This document shows, one piece after another, positions 50,297 through 60,106 of a DNA stretch of 64,000 nucleotides. The stretch comes from an uncultured bacterium (lineage in GTDB: Bacteria; Planctomycetota; SZUA-567; JAKLDR01), in NCBI GenBank assembly GCA_937935355.1, contig CALGYR010000143.1, forward strand, positions 8,077-72,076. Direction: 5' to 3'. The first letter of the stretch is position 1. Every line of letters starts with the position of its first letter. Both the position numbers and the translations under genes were made by a program. Below the pieces are notes generated by a model, which searched no databases, was not told where the DNA came from, and saw only the letters and a list, made by a program, of their open reading frames with translations.

Positions 50297-51643
50297 CTAT
50301 CGTTGGTCTCCGCGTGCACTCCCTGTCTTCAATCCCTGATACCATGCGTCAAAGCCCGGGATGTTGGCCAGCCTGAGCATCACCGACGGACTAAGCACGA
50401 GATCACCGAGACTGGAGCCGGCGTTGAGGGCCTGGCTGATGCTGCCAAGCTCGGAGCTGCCAGAGCAGCGCAGGAACTGCTCCTCTGTCAGACTGCCGGT
50501 AATGTAGATCTCCTCTGCCAACTTCGCGGCAATCCTAAACTCCGGCACATCCGCGAGGCGCACCGTGTATTGACGGCCGCTCGAGGGGTCCATGATCTCG
50601 GCGCTGTCGGGCATCCGGGGCTGCTTGCCGGGCAAGCGGGCCATCAGCGCCCGACCGAACGCGAACGGAAGAAATGTCACTATCAACTCGGCTTTGAGCC
50701 GGGAGTGGCCGTCGGCAATCAGACGCTTGACCATACCTTCCTCGCCTTCTTCTGGCGGCGTGGAGGCCATACTGATGGCCGCGGCCAGCATCTTGTCAAG
50801 CTCGGGATCCCTTGTGACCGACTGGCCAGACACCGTGATATCCACGCCAAGCTTGATCAGACCTTGCGCCGCATTGGCCATGAATCGGTGGGCCAGCAGA
50901 ATCCAGTGAGGATGCCCCGCGGCCTTGGAGGCCACCATGGCCATCGATTCACGGCACCCGCAGTCGCAGGACGGGATGCCTTCGCTGATAGCGGTCATCG
51001 ACTCGCGATAGAAACGCTCAGCCGCCTGAGAGTCCCCCATCTCTCTGGCCACGTGCCCCCGGTTGCACAGGGCACCCCCCAGGTGGACGCGGTTCTCGCC
51101 GTCATCCGGAAGCCGCTTGGCAATCTCCCTGCGCATCCTGATGGCCTCATCCAGCGCAGGCACAGCCTTCTCTCGAGGCCCCAGCTCCATGTACAACAGG
51201 CCGAAGTGATTCTTGCATGCCGCCAACTGACTGAGGGCAAACGGACGGTGTTTCCTGTGGTTGCTCAAGCGCGCCAGGAAAGACTCAGACCGGGCATAGC
51301 TCTCCTCCGCCTCGCTTTTCATACCCAGTTGCCGCAAGCCAGATCCTAGGTCGAAGTAGCCTGCTCCCAGAAGCCGCTGTACCACGGGGATGCTCTGCTC
51401 GGGCAGGAGGGATTCAAGATACGAACGAAGTTCTGCACAGCACGCCTTTGCCAGGTCCAAGTCATTGGCCGCCAGCGCCCTGTCCACTGCGTTGGAGAGC
51501 GTTATGAGCTTCGCTGACTGAGAACAATCCCGACCCAGCAGCTTGCGCTTAAGAGCATTCAGGAATTCCATGACCGTGCTTCCCTTCGTCCCCTCCCCAT
51601 TGTCAATAACTTCTGGCGCTCCTGCAAGGACATCAGTAGACAT
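50297..51643 (-). CDS. TPR-repeat hypothetical protein (low-GC segment)
   Basis: Helical repeat composition. Lower GC than flanking DNA. Likely co-transcribed with the HNH gene. Confidence 0.55.
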   Translation of the reverse strand: MSTDVLAGAPEVIDNGEGTKGSTVMEFLNALKRKLLGRDCSQSAKLITLSNAVDRALAANDLDLAKACCAELRSYLESLLPEQSIPVVQRLLGAGYFDLGSGLRQLGMKSEAEESYARSESFLARLSNHRKHRPFALSQLAACKNHFGLLYMELGPREKAVPALDEAIRMRREIAKRLPDDGENRVHLGGALCNRGHVAREMGDSQAAERFYRESMTAISEGIPSCDCGCRESMAMVASKAAGHPHWILLAHRFMANAAQGLIKLGVDITVSGQSVTRDPELDKMLAAAISMASTPPEEGEEGMVKRLIADGHSRLKAELIVTFLPFAFGRALMARLPGKQPRMPDSAEIMDPSSGRQYTVRLADVPEFRIAAKLAEEIYITGSLTEEQFLRCSGSSELGSISQALNAGSSLGDLVLSPSVMLRLANIPGFDAWYQGLKTGSARGDQR

Positions 51644-51735
51644 GGCCGCCCCGACCGTGACCCCCGCCGGCGCTCCGGGTTAATCAGTACGCTTCGGGTC
51701 CGGGGACAGGCCCCGGCCGGATGGGAGGGTTGGCT

Positions 51736-53121
51736 ATGAGCGAGACCCTGCAGAGCGCCTTCAACCGGCTGTGCCTGGAGCCCGACAACGCCGAGGCCCG
51801 CGCGGCCTACCGGCAGAAGCAGCGGGGCGTCTTCAGGCCCGAGCAGCGCAGCCAGCTCCTCGAGGCTCCCTTGTCGCTGCTGGCCATCAAGATGGCTCTG
51901 GGCACCAGGTCCGACCCGGACGAGGTCATGCGGGCCTGCGAAGAGCAGCTCCAGAAGAACCCATTCGACGTCAACATCCTCCTCCGGCTCGGGGAGGCGG
52001 CGCGCAAGGCCGGTTACCGAGCGACTGCCGTCTACACCTTCAGCGATATCCTGGCCCTCTGCAAGGGCAGCCCCCGGCTCGCCAAGATCGAGCGGGTGGC
52101 CATGAAGGCCCTGGGCCTGGTCAGGTACGAGGCCGGGGAGCTTCTCGAGGCCCAGAAGGTGCTCGACGCCTACGCCCAGCGCTACGGGCTCGAAGAGGAG
52201 ACGGACGACTTCCGCAAGCTCGCCGAGAAGGATCTGCCGGCCAGGATCGCCGCCATCCCCTACGAGGGGGCCGAGAGCTCCCGGCAGGTGATCCGCCGGC
52301 CGGAGGAGACCGAGCGCCTTGCCCAGGCGGAGCGGGGGCTGCACAGCGAAGCCGAAAAGCTCGCCAGGATCGATGAGTTGGCCAAAGTGGCCTCGACGGC
52401 CGAGCGCAAGCCGCACGAGAGATACCGCGCTGCCATGGACGCGGCCGCGCTCTGCAAGGAGCTGAAGCTCTACGATCGCGCGCTCCAAGTCCTGCAACAG
52501 GCCGCCGGCTTAGACCGCACCAGCCAGACCGAAGTGGCCATAGCCGAGACCCTGGTTGCCAGGGCCAACCACGAGCTCGCGGCGCTCAAGACCGAGGCCG
52601 ACGCCGACCCGGCCAACGATGCGGTCAAGGTCAGGCTGACCGAGGCTGAGCGGCGCAAGTGGGCGCTGGTCGCCGAGAAGTACGAAAGCCTGGCCCGCCG
52701 ATCCCCCACTGAGGAGGCCTACCAGCTGGTTCTCGGCGAGGCTCGCTTCCACCTGGGCGTCCTGACCGGCGATCTGGAGCAGATCAAGGCCGCAGTCAGC
52801 CAGTTCCAGAGGCGCTACACCAAGGAGGAGCACGCCCACAAGGCGGCGGTGTTCCTCGGCAAGGGCTTCGCCCGCATGGGGCTGATCCCGCTCGCCAAGA
52901 AGCAGTTCCAGAGAATTCTCGGCTCGGTGGACAGCGACGACCCGGCCAGGCACGAGATCGCCTTCCGGGCCCTCTACGAGCTCGCCCAGGTGCAGCTCGA
53001 GGCCGGCGACCGGCAGGGCGCCTTCGAGAGCCTCAGCGAGATCTACTTCCGCAACCGGTCCTGGGGCCACGTTGAAGAGCAGTTCCTGTGCCTCAACAGG
53101 GAGTTGGCCAAAGGGCCATAG
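51736..53121 (+). CDS. TPR-like helical repeat hypothetical protein
   Basis: Start likely ATG 51736 (MSETLQ...) within ORF 51721..53121. Protein-like composition. Confidence 0.5.
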   Translation: MSETLQSAFNRLCLEPDNAEARAAYRQKQRGVFRPEQRSQLLEAPLSLLAIKMALGTRSDPDEVMRACEEQLQKNPFDVNILLRLGEAARKAGYRATAVYTFSDILALCKGSPRLAKIERVAMKALGLVRYEAGELLEAQKVLDAYAQRYGLEEETDDFRKLAEKDLPARIAAIPYEGAESSRQVIRRPEETERLAQAERGLHSEAEKLARIDELAKVASTAERKPHERYRAAMDAAALCKELKLYDRALQVLQQAAGLDRTSQTEVAIAETLVARANHELAALKTEADADPANDAVKVRLTEAERRKWALVAEKYESLARRSPTEEAYQLVLGEARFHLGVLTGDLEQIKAAVSQFQRRYTKEEHAHKAAVFLGKGFARMGLIPLAKKQFQRILGSVDSDDPARHEIAFRALYELAQVQLEAGDRQGAFESLSEIYFRNRSWGHVEEQFLCLNRELAKGP

Positions 53122-53534
53122 GACTGTGAACGGAGTGACTGCCCAGGTTCGGCCACTTGGCCGCATTTTCCGGCATTATTCTTAAGGCGATTCCCAAACC
53201 ATACGTTATACCTTGTCGAGCCAGGCTGTCTGGCGCAGGAAGAGAAGGGAGCGTTACCGTGCTCGCTGCAAAATGCCCGATCGCCGAGCGGGGCAACGGG
53301 TCTCTCGCCCTCTCCTGCGGCCGCTCGCCCGTCTAGAAGACCTTCTTCGGGACGGGCCGGCCGCGGTGAGGTCGAGCCCGTCATCCCCAAAACGTCGAGT
53401 GTAGTTTGGAGGCCCCGCGCCGCGGGCCCGGCGTCGTTCGTGCGCCGCCGCAGCCGCGCGGGCCGAGAGGACCCGGTCTGGAGCCTTGCTCCGAACGGAG
53501 GAGGCCCGTCGCCTGGATGCGCGGGTCAGGAATC

Positions 53535-55430
53535 ATGGGCAAGAACAAGAAGAAGGACGACAGGAAGAACAGGAAGCTGAAGCTGCCCGGCAGCTCGGCT
53601 GCCTTCGCATCGCACGACGCGCTGCTCGAGGGCGCGCGCCGGATGCTCGAGGCCCGCGCCGCGCGCGTCGAGGCCGAGGGCGACGATGATGCCACCGCCG
53701 GGCGCGTCGCGGCCACCCGCCGGGCCGACGGGGCCTGGCGGCGCTGGTGGCATCGTTCGCTCGACGCGACCCCCGACGCGGTCGGCTTGGCCGCGGCCTG
53801 CCGCCGCGCGGGGCTCGACGGCTTCGAGCGCGAGGCGCTGGCCGCGCTGGTGCTGGGCCGGCTGTCGCTCGTCAAGGGCGAGGTGGGCAGGCTTGCGGAG
53901 CTCGCCGACTGCCTGGGCGTCCCCGCGGGCGGGAAGCTCGCGGCCATGCGCCGTTTCCTGGACGGCGGCAGGCTTCAGGCCGGCGGACTGATCCACTGCC
54001 TCAATCCCGACGCCGAGCCGACCGAGCGGCGGATCGTGCCGGATCCGGCGCTCGTCGAGGAGGCGCTCGCATCCGGTCGCGCGACCGCTCCGTGGCCGGT
54101 GCGGAGCGAGGCGGAGCTGCATCAGCGCTTGCTGCAGCTTACCTGCGCGCTGCACGCCAGGTGGGACGCCTGCGACGACGAGCGCCGCGGCCGGGGCGAC
54201 CCGGAGGAGCTGTTCGCCTCCGCCCGGCGCGTCGAGCGCCTGGTGGCCCGGCTGGCGGCGACGCTGGAAGGACATCCGGAGTGGCACCTGAACGCCCTGT
54301 TTGCCGAAGCCGGCCTGGTTCGCGGCCAAGCCGAGCGTCTGATGCTTCTGGCGCTGGTCGGGAGGGAGCTGGGACACCTGCCCGATGACGACCCGCTCTT
54401 CACGGGCGGTGGCCTGGCCCTGGCTTCCGGCGGCCCCCCCGGCGAGGTGGGCACGGGTCTGGCGGCCCTGGCCGGCGACGGCCGCCTGGCGGAGGCTGGC
54501 CTCATAGAGGAGGCGGCCGGTCACAAGCTCCCTGGCTCCGGCCAGGTCTCGGCGATCGAGAAGACCGCCTTCCGGCTGGGCCCCGTCGCCCGCTGCGTGC
54601 TGGGGCTGGAGGACCTCCGCGTCCGCCGGGGCAGCTCGGACTTCGCGGTCCGCGAGCCGGCGGTCAGGATGGAAGCCCTGGTGCTCGACGAGCGTGTCGA
54701 GCGGACGCTCGGCATGGCGCTCGCCCAGGCGCGGGGCGGGGCGCAGGTCTTCAGGGACTGGGGCATCGAGGCGGTCCTGCCGTACGGGCGCAACGTCACG
54801 CTGCTCTTTGCCGGACCGCCCGGAGTGGGCAAGACCGCCTGCGCCGAGGCGCTGGCCGGTGAGCTTGGCCGGCCGATCCTGGTCGCCGACTACGCGCGGC
54901 TGCAAAGCTGCTGGATCGGCGAGACCGACAAGCACATCGTGGCCATCTTCCGGGAGGCCCGGCAGAGCGGCGCGGTGCTCTTCTGGGACGAGGCCGACTC
55001 GATGTTCTTCGACCGGGAGAACGCCTTCCATGCCTCGGAGGTCCGCACCGTCAACGTGCTCCTCCAGGAGATCGAGCGCTTCGACGGCGTCTGCGTCCTG
55101 ACCACCAATCGGAGGGTGGCGCTCGACCCGGCTCTGGAGCGCCGAATCACCCTCAAGGTGGAGTTCGGCGCCCCCGATCGGACCATGCGCCGGCGCATCT
55201 GGGAGAAGATGCTGGGCGGCCGGCTGCCGCTTTCCGGAGACGTGGATCCCGGCTGGCTCAGCCAGGCGGAGCTGACCGGCGGCCAGATCAAGAACGTGCT
55301 GCTCAACGCCGCGCGGCTGGCCCTGGCCGAGCGCGCGGCCGGCCCCGTGACCCGGGCCGACTTCGAGGCGGCCATGGCCATGGAGACCCAGGAGCCCGAC
55401 GAGGATCCCCGGGGCCGGATCGGGTTCTGA
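53535..55430 (+). CDS. AAA-family ATPase (C-terminal classic AAA module, N-terminal domain unknown)
   Basis: Start at ATG 53535 (MGKNKKKDDRKNRK) inside ORF 53406..55430. Walker A GPPGVGKT, Walker B LFWDEAD, and arginine-finger region ...LDPALERR... Confidence 0.75.
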   Translation: MGKNKKKDDRKNRKLKLPGSSAAFASHDALLEGARRMLEARAARVEAEGDDDATAGRVAATRRADGAWRRWWHRSLDATPDAVGLAAACRRAGLDGFEREALAALVLGRLSLVKGEVGRLAELADCLGVPAGGKLAAMRRFLDGGRLQAGGLIHCLNPDAEPTERRIVPDPALVEEALASGRATAPWPVRSEAELHQRLLQLTCALHARWDACDDERRGRGDPEELFASARRVERLVARLAATLEGHPEWHLNALFAEAGLVRGQAERLMLLALVGRELGHLPDDDPLFTGGGLALASGGPPGEVGTGLAALAGDGRLAEAGLIEEAAGHKLPGSGQVSAIEKTAFRLGPVARCVLGLEDLRVRRGSSDFAVREPAVRMEALVLDERVERTLGMALAQARGGAQVFRDWGIEAVLPYGRNVTLLFAGPPGVGKTACAEALAGELGRPILVADYARLQSCWIGETDKHIVAIFREARQSGAVLFWDEADSMFFDRENAFHASEVRTVNVLLQEIERFDGVCVLTTNRRVALDPALERRITLKVEFGAPDRTMRRRIWEKMLGGRLPLSGDVDPGWLSQAELTGGQIKNVLLNAARLALAERAAGPVTRADFEAAMAMETQEPDEDPRGRIGF

Positions 55431-55448
55431 GCCGCCCTCGCCGCTTTC

Positions 55449-57626
55449 CTACTTGTACCTGAACGCGTGCATGTCCCCGCCGCGGCCGCAGCCCAGGAAG
55501 ACCTTGTGACGGGTGTCGTAGACCAGGCACTCCTCGACCGCCTTGGTGTCGGCGCCCAGGTCCTTCCAGGTCTTGTCCTTGAGCGTCAGCGCCCAGGTCC
55601 TGCCGTCGAGGACGCAGAGGAAGACGTCGTTGTCGCGGTCGTAGGCGGCGGTCGGCCGGCCCTTGCCCGACGGGGTCGGGCCCTTGGTCTCGACCTCCTC
55701 CCACTTGCCGGCCGCGGCGTCGTAGGCCAGGAGCTTGTTGCCGTCCTTGCCGGGCTCGATGACCAGCAGGCGCTTCAGGCTGTCGCAGAAGTCGCCGTAG
55801 GTGTAGGCCTCCGCCCGGCAGGGCGCGCCGGCCTTCCAGGCCTTGGCGGCCGGATCGAAGGCGAAGGCGTTCCCCGCGTAGGCCTTGGCGTCGACCACGA
55901 AGAGGTTGTTGGCCCGGTCGTAGCAGCAGACCACCCCGGCGCCCACCTTGGCCGCGCCCGAGTGCGGGACCATGAAGAAGCGGTCCTTCAGGCCGTCGTA
56001 GCACCAGGTCCCGCTTCCGCCCGGCCAGTCGGCCGGCAGGCTGCTGGCCAGGCCGTTGCCGGCCGTGCCGCCCACGAACCAGTCGACCTTGCGCACCGGG
56101 TCGTAGGCGTAGTAGCGCGTGCAGCCGTTCACCGGCCGTGGAGCGCCCGCCGGATCGACCCAGCGCAGCGCCATCCAGCGCTCGGTCGCGGGGTCGTAGG
56201 CGGACAGGTCGTTGCCGTAGCCCGAGGCGAAGGTGGTGCCGCCGTTGTTGCAGCCGCCGTACTTCAGGCAGAAGCCGGTGGCCTCGTCGTAGATCATGGG
56301 CACCTCGCCGCCGCCGAGCGCCCCGCCGCCCCCGAGCTTGACCCACTTGCCGGGCTCGAGCCCCAGGAGCTTCTTGTTGGGCTCGGCCTGCTTGTAGACC
56401 GGTTCCTTGGGCTCCTCGACCTTGTCGAACGGCGCGGCGGCCGCGGCCACCTCGATCTTCGGCAGGGGCTCGGCCTTCCCGGCGCGGTAGCGCAGCGCCC
56501 AGACGCCGAAGGTCGGGGCGCTGACCACCACGGCCTTGTGCTTCGTGTCGTAGTCCATGGCCTGGCGTAGCGGGAAGCGCGGATTGGCTCCCTCGCCGTT
56601 GAGCTTGGGGATCTCCGGAGCGCCGACGTCCAGCTTGAGCCACTTCTTGCCGGCCAGGTCCAGTGCCCAGGTGTCGCTGAGGGCCACGCCGCCGCCGCGG
56701 TGGCCGAAGCCGTACTTGTCGCCGCCCGGATGGCCGATGCCGCCGTAGACGATGGTGACCTTGTTATGCGGATCGTAGCACGAGCCCGCGTAGGTCCGGG
56801 CCTCGGGGGATTCCTTGAGCTCCAGCTTGGTCCAGGCGTTGGCCGCCGCGTCGTAGGTCCAGGTGTCGGCCGGCTGCTTCTTGCCCGCGCCGGCCAGGAA
56901 GACGGCCACGCCGGCGGACTCGTCGAAGGACCAGACCGTGCAGCTGAAGGCCTTGGGCGAGCCCTTGGTCTGCCGGCCCTCCCATGCGTTCTTGTTGGGG
57001 TCGTAGACCCAGGTCCGCTCCCGGTTGTGGATCACCGCCCAGGAGCTGTCGTCGGCCGGCTGGCGCAGCACCAGGTCGTTCTTGCCGTCGTAGACGATGC
57101 GCCCGCCGCCGGCCGGCCACTTCTGGCTCTTCATGGCCTTGAAGGTCCCGGCCGCGGGGTCGTACTGCCAGATGTCCTGGTAGAGCTCCTTGCGATAGCG
57201 CGCGGCCGCCCCGAAGCCCCCGTGCATCCAGATCACCTTGCGCTTGGAGTCGTAGGCCATGCTCCACCAGGCGCCGGCGCCGGGGCGGTCCTCCTTCGGC
57301 GGCCAGGAGCAGTCCGCCTTGAGGGGGTTCTCCCACTTGCGCGCAGCCAAGTCGAACGTCCAGAGCGCATTGCAGTCGGTCGGGGTGTACCCGCCGTAGC
57401 GCAGGAACTTCGCGCTTGCCGGGTCGAAGCACCAGAAGGCCCCGCGCCCGGGCTGGAGCTCGCGCCCCAGCGGGTCGGGCGGACAATCGGCCAGCTTGGT
57501 CCAGCGGTTTTCGGGGAGCGTCTCGCCGCCCCGCGCCACCGCGGCCGCGCAGAGGAGAATGGCCGCCGCAGACAGCAGTCCGGGGATGGCACGCATCAGG
57601 GCCGAGACGGGCTTATAGACAGGCAT
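55449..57626 (-). CDS. secreted Kelch-repeat / galactose-oxidase-like beta-propeller protein
   Basis: Real start at nt 57626 (MPVYKPVSALMRAIPGLLSAAAILLCAAAVA, a signal peptide; AGGAGGAGG RBS). The N-terminal 2.4 kb of ORF 55449..60071 is an artefact. Recurrent ...W..YD......W... Kelch-like blade motifs. Confidence 0.75.
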   Translation of the reverse strand: MPVYKPVSALMRAIPGLLSAAAILLCAAAVARGGETLPENRWTKLADCPPDPLGRELQPGRGAFWCFDPASAKFLRYGGYTPTDCNALWTFDLAARKWENPLKADCSWPPKEDRPGAGAWWSMAYDSKRKVIWMHGGFGAAARYRKELYQDIWQYDPAAGTFKAMKSQKWPAGGGRIVYDGKNDLVLRQPADDSSWAVIHNRERTWVYDPNKNAWEGRQTKGSPKAFSCTVWSFDESAGVAVFLAGAGKKQPADTWTYDAAANAWTKLELKESPEARTYAGSCYDPHNKVTIVYGGIGHPGGDKYGFGHRGGGVALSDTWALDLAGKKWLKLDVGAPEIPKLNGEGANPRFPLRQAMDYDTKHKAVVVSAPTFGVWALRYRAGKAEPLPKIEVAAAAAPFDKVEEPKEPVYKQAEPNKKLLGLEPGKWVKLGGGGALGGGEVPMIYDEATGFCLKYGGCNNGGTTFASGYGNDLSAYDPATERWMALRWVDPAGAPRPVNGCTRYYAYDPVRKVDWFVGGTAGNGLASSLPADWPGGSGTWCYDGLKDRFFMVPHSGAAKVGAGVVCCYDRANNLFVVDAKAYAGNAFAFDPAAKAWKAGAPCRAEAYTYGDFCDSLKRLLVIEPGKDGNKLLAYDAAAGKWEEVETKGPTPSGKGRPTAAYDRDNDVFLCVLDGRTWALTLKDKTWKDLGADTKAVEECLVYDTRHKVFLGCGRGGDMHAFRYK

Positions 57627-57691
57627 GTCGACCTCCTCCTGCTGAATGGGACTCTGCCGTCCATCATGGACGACCCGGCGCCCCCGCGCCA

Positions 57692-60064
57692 TCACTTTCC
57701 GCCGGCGCCGGGCAGGCGCTTGACGTAGACCTCGCGCATCCGGCCCTCGCCGTAGACGTGCTCGCTCCAGATCACGACCGGCTCGCCCTTGAAGACCGCT
57801 ATCCGGGCGGTCTGGGCGCTGCCCCTGAGCGGGTCGGTGTTGAGGCTTGCGCCCGGAGCGGTGTCGCTTATCCATTTGGCGCCGTCCCAGTGCTTGACGA
57901 AGACCTGGGGCGGAGTGCCGTTGACGTGCTCCGTCCAGCAGACGTAGGGCACGGTCTTGCCGCCGGACTTGGCGAGGGCTATGCCCGGCGAGAAGGCCCA
58001 GTCGTCGAGCTTGGGGTCGAAGACGTTGAGCGGCCCGCCGAGCGCCTGCCAATCCTTGCCGTCGAACTTCTTGACGACCAGCAGGTTGGGTTGGCGCCCG
58101 TGGTGGTGGCGGGTGAGGTAAGCGACGTAGCTGTCCTTCCCATCGGCTGCCCCGGCCGGCCAGGTGGCGACCTGCTCCCCGGCCTTCTCGTCGCCGGTCT
58201 GCGGAGAGGGCAGTTCGCGCAGGCCCTTGCCATCCCACAGCACGGCCTTCAGGGCGATGCCGTTCCTGGCAGGGTCCTCGTCCCTGGCTCCCAGCTTGGT
58301 GACGGCCTCGGACCAGACGAGCATCAGGCCGTCGTCGCGCTCCACGCTCGTCCAGGAGCGCTGGATCACGTCGCGGCCCTTGGCGTTCAGCGTGGGGGCG
58401 TTTTTGCCCGGGCCTTCCCACTTGTCGTCGGTGCCGTTGCCGAAGGCGTCGGGCTCCCAGGTCTTGCCCGTCCAGCGCAGGTGGTGCAGGAAGTTCTCGT
58501 TGCGCCAGGGGCCGTAGCCCAGGCCGAGAATGTGCGGCTCGCCCTTGTGGAAGCCGGGTACCGGGGCGCCGATGCTCGGGAGGATGTTCTTTTTGAACAT
58601 CTCCTGCTTCTTCGCGTCGGTCTTCTCCGGCGCCACGCCGCCGCCGAGCACCTCCCAGGCGGCCGCGCCGTCCTTGAGGAGCTGCGCGCGCGGGTACTTC
58701 GCCCCCCAGAAGCTCTCCCCGCTGTATGCCAGCAACACCGAGTCCGCCGAGGCGGCCAGGCAGGGGAAGTCGCAGGCGCTCCTGGCGGCCTCCTCGGGGT
58801 CGAGGGGCTGCCAGCTCGCGCCGTCCCAGCGCCCGGCCTTGACTCCGTGCGGATACTCGGTCCAGGCGGCCACCAGCTGCTTGTCCGTCGCGGCCAGCGC
58901 CGGGTGGCGCGCCCAGCCGTCCTCGGTGTGCGGCTCCAGCTTGCCGAGCGGCTGCCACGCCGGGTCGGTCCTGGCGATCGGCGCGAAGTCCCCGGCCGGC
59001 GGCTCGGGATAGGCCGGCAGCGGCGGCGGGGCCGTCTCTCCCTTGGGCCGGTACTTCAGCACGTACAGATCGCGCCCGTCTCCGAAGAAGAAACAGTCGT
59101 AGTCCTCGGCGTAGGCCAGGTGCCAGCCGCAGCCGGTGTGCGCGTGCACCTTGGTCGCCTGCTCGGCGCCCTCCAGGCGCGACCACTTGTCGGCCGCAAC
59201 ATCGCAGATCCAGGTCTCGCCGTTCTTGCCGACGGACATCAGGGCGCCCCGCCGGCAGTCGACGGCCAGGTGGTCGAATACGCCGCCGGCGAGCGCCTCG
59301 GCCGGGATGGGCCGCTCCTCGCACTTGAAGCCGTTCTTGGGGTCGATGACGTGGAGCGCGTCCTTCTTCTTGGCGTCCGAGGTGTGGTAGATGTAGAGGT
59401 CGTTCCTGCCGTCGTACATGAGCAGGTTGCGCCCGGCGGCCCGGGGCAGCTTGAGGCTGAAGGGCTTGGTGATCTCGCCGGTCTTCAGGTCGACGACGTT
59501 GCCGTTGGCGGCAACGAGCAGGTTGCGCTTGTAGTCGACCACGCGGGCGTCGCCGGCCACGATCTCCTGGTAGTACGAGCGGCCGATGTTCCCGCGGAGG
59601 TCGTAGACCATGTTGGGGTTGCCGTTGCTGCCCATCGAGTAGCCGCCGACCTGCAGGTACTGTTGGCGGCAGGGTTCGTAAGCCGGAGTGGTGTTCGAGT
59701 GCTGCGCGGGGGGCACGAACTCGGACCGGTCCGACCACTCCTGGCCCAGGTCGCGGATGTTCCAGGCGTTCTCCTCGGGCGAGAAGGCCATCCAGGCCTC
59801 CTGCGACTCGGAGGAGGCCGAGGTGTAGCCGCAGTTGACCAGCAGCGACTTGCTGGAGCGCTCCCACACGAACATCTCCCAGCCCTTGAGGCTGGGCCGG
59901 AGCTTGGTCGCGGGGCTGACTGCGGACCACTGGTTGTCCGGCAACTGGTCGAGCCAGGCGACCTTCGCCGGGGCCGTCTCCGCGGCCCGAACGGTTGACT
60001 GTGCCTGATAGAGCATCCCGGCAACCGCCAGAACGAGAACCGGTCTTCCGAAGCGCACGCTCAC
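57692..60064 (-). CDS. secreted beta-propeller (Kelch/BNR-like) repeat protein
   Basis: Signal peptide MSVRFGRPVLVLAVAGMLYQAQS. Trp/Asp/Gly-rich repeat blades. Tandem with the downstream propeller gene. Confidence 0.7.
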   Translation of the reverse strand: MSVRFGRPVLVLAVAGMLYQAQSTVRAAETAPAKVAWLDQLPDNQWSAVSPATKLRPSLKGWEMFVWERSSKSLLVNCGYTSASSESQEAWMAFSPEENAWNIRDLGQEWSDRSEFVPPAQHSNTTPAYEPCRQQYLQVGGYSMGSNGNPNMVYDLRGNIGRSYYQEIVAGDARVVDYKRNLLVAANGNVVDLKTGEITKPFSLKLPRAAGRNLLMYDGRNDLYIYHTSDAKKKDALHVIDPKNGFKCEERPIPAEALAGGVFDHLAVDCRRGALMSVGKNGETWICDVAADKWSRLEGAEQATKVHAHTGCGWHLAYAEDYDCFFFGDGRDLYVLKYRPKGETAPPPLPAYPEPPAGDFAPIARTDPAWQPLGKLEPHTEDGWARHPALAATDKQLVAAWTEYPHGVKAGRWDGASWQPLDPEEAARSACDFPCLAASADSVLLAYSGESFWGAKYPRAQLLKDGAAAWEVLGGGVAPEKTDAKKQEMFKKNILPSIGAPVPGFHKGEPHILGLGYGPWRNENFLHHLRWTGKTWEPDAFGNGTDDKWEGPGKNAPTLNAKGRDVIQRSWTSVERDDGLMLVWSEAVTKLGARDEDPARNGIALKAVLWDGKGLRELPSPQTGDEKAGEQVATWPAGAADGKDSYVAYLTRHHHGRQPNLLVVKKFDGKDWQALGGPLNVFDPKLDDWAFSPGIALAKSGGKTVPYVCWTEHVNGTPPQVFVKHWDGAKWISDTAPGASLNTDPLRGSAQTARIAVFKGEPVVIWSEHVYGEGRMREVYVKRLPGAGGK

Positions 60065-60106
60065 GAGTCACCTCCTGATGTCAGCGCGACCAGAACGAGA
60101 CGATGC

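Noticed and set aside
57627-60071. N-terminal ~815 codons of the 1540-aa minus-strand ORF 55449..60071, and plus-strand ORFs 55467..56570 / 57416..59998
   Set aside because: Only the last 725 codons (55449..57626) are protein-like, with a signal peptide and a strong RBS. The remainder overlaps the second propeller gene out of frame.
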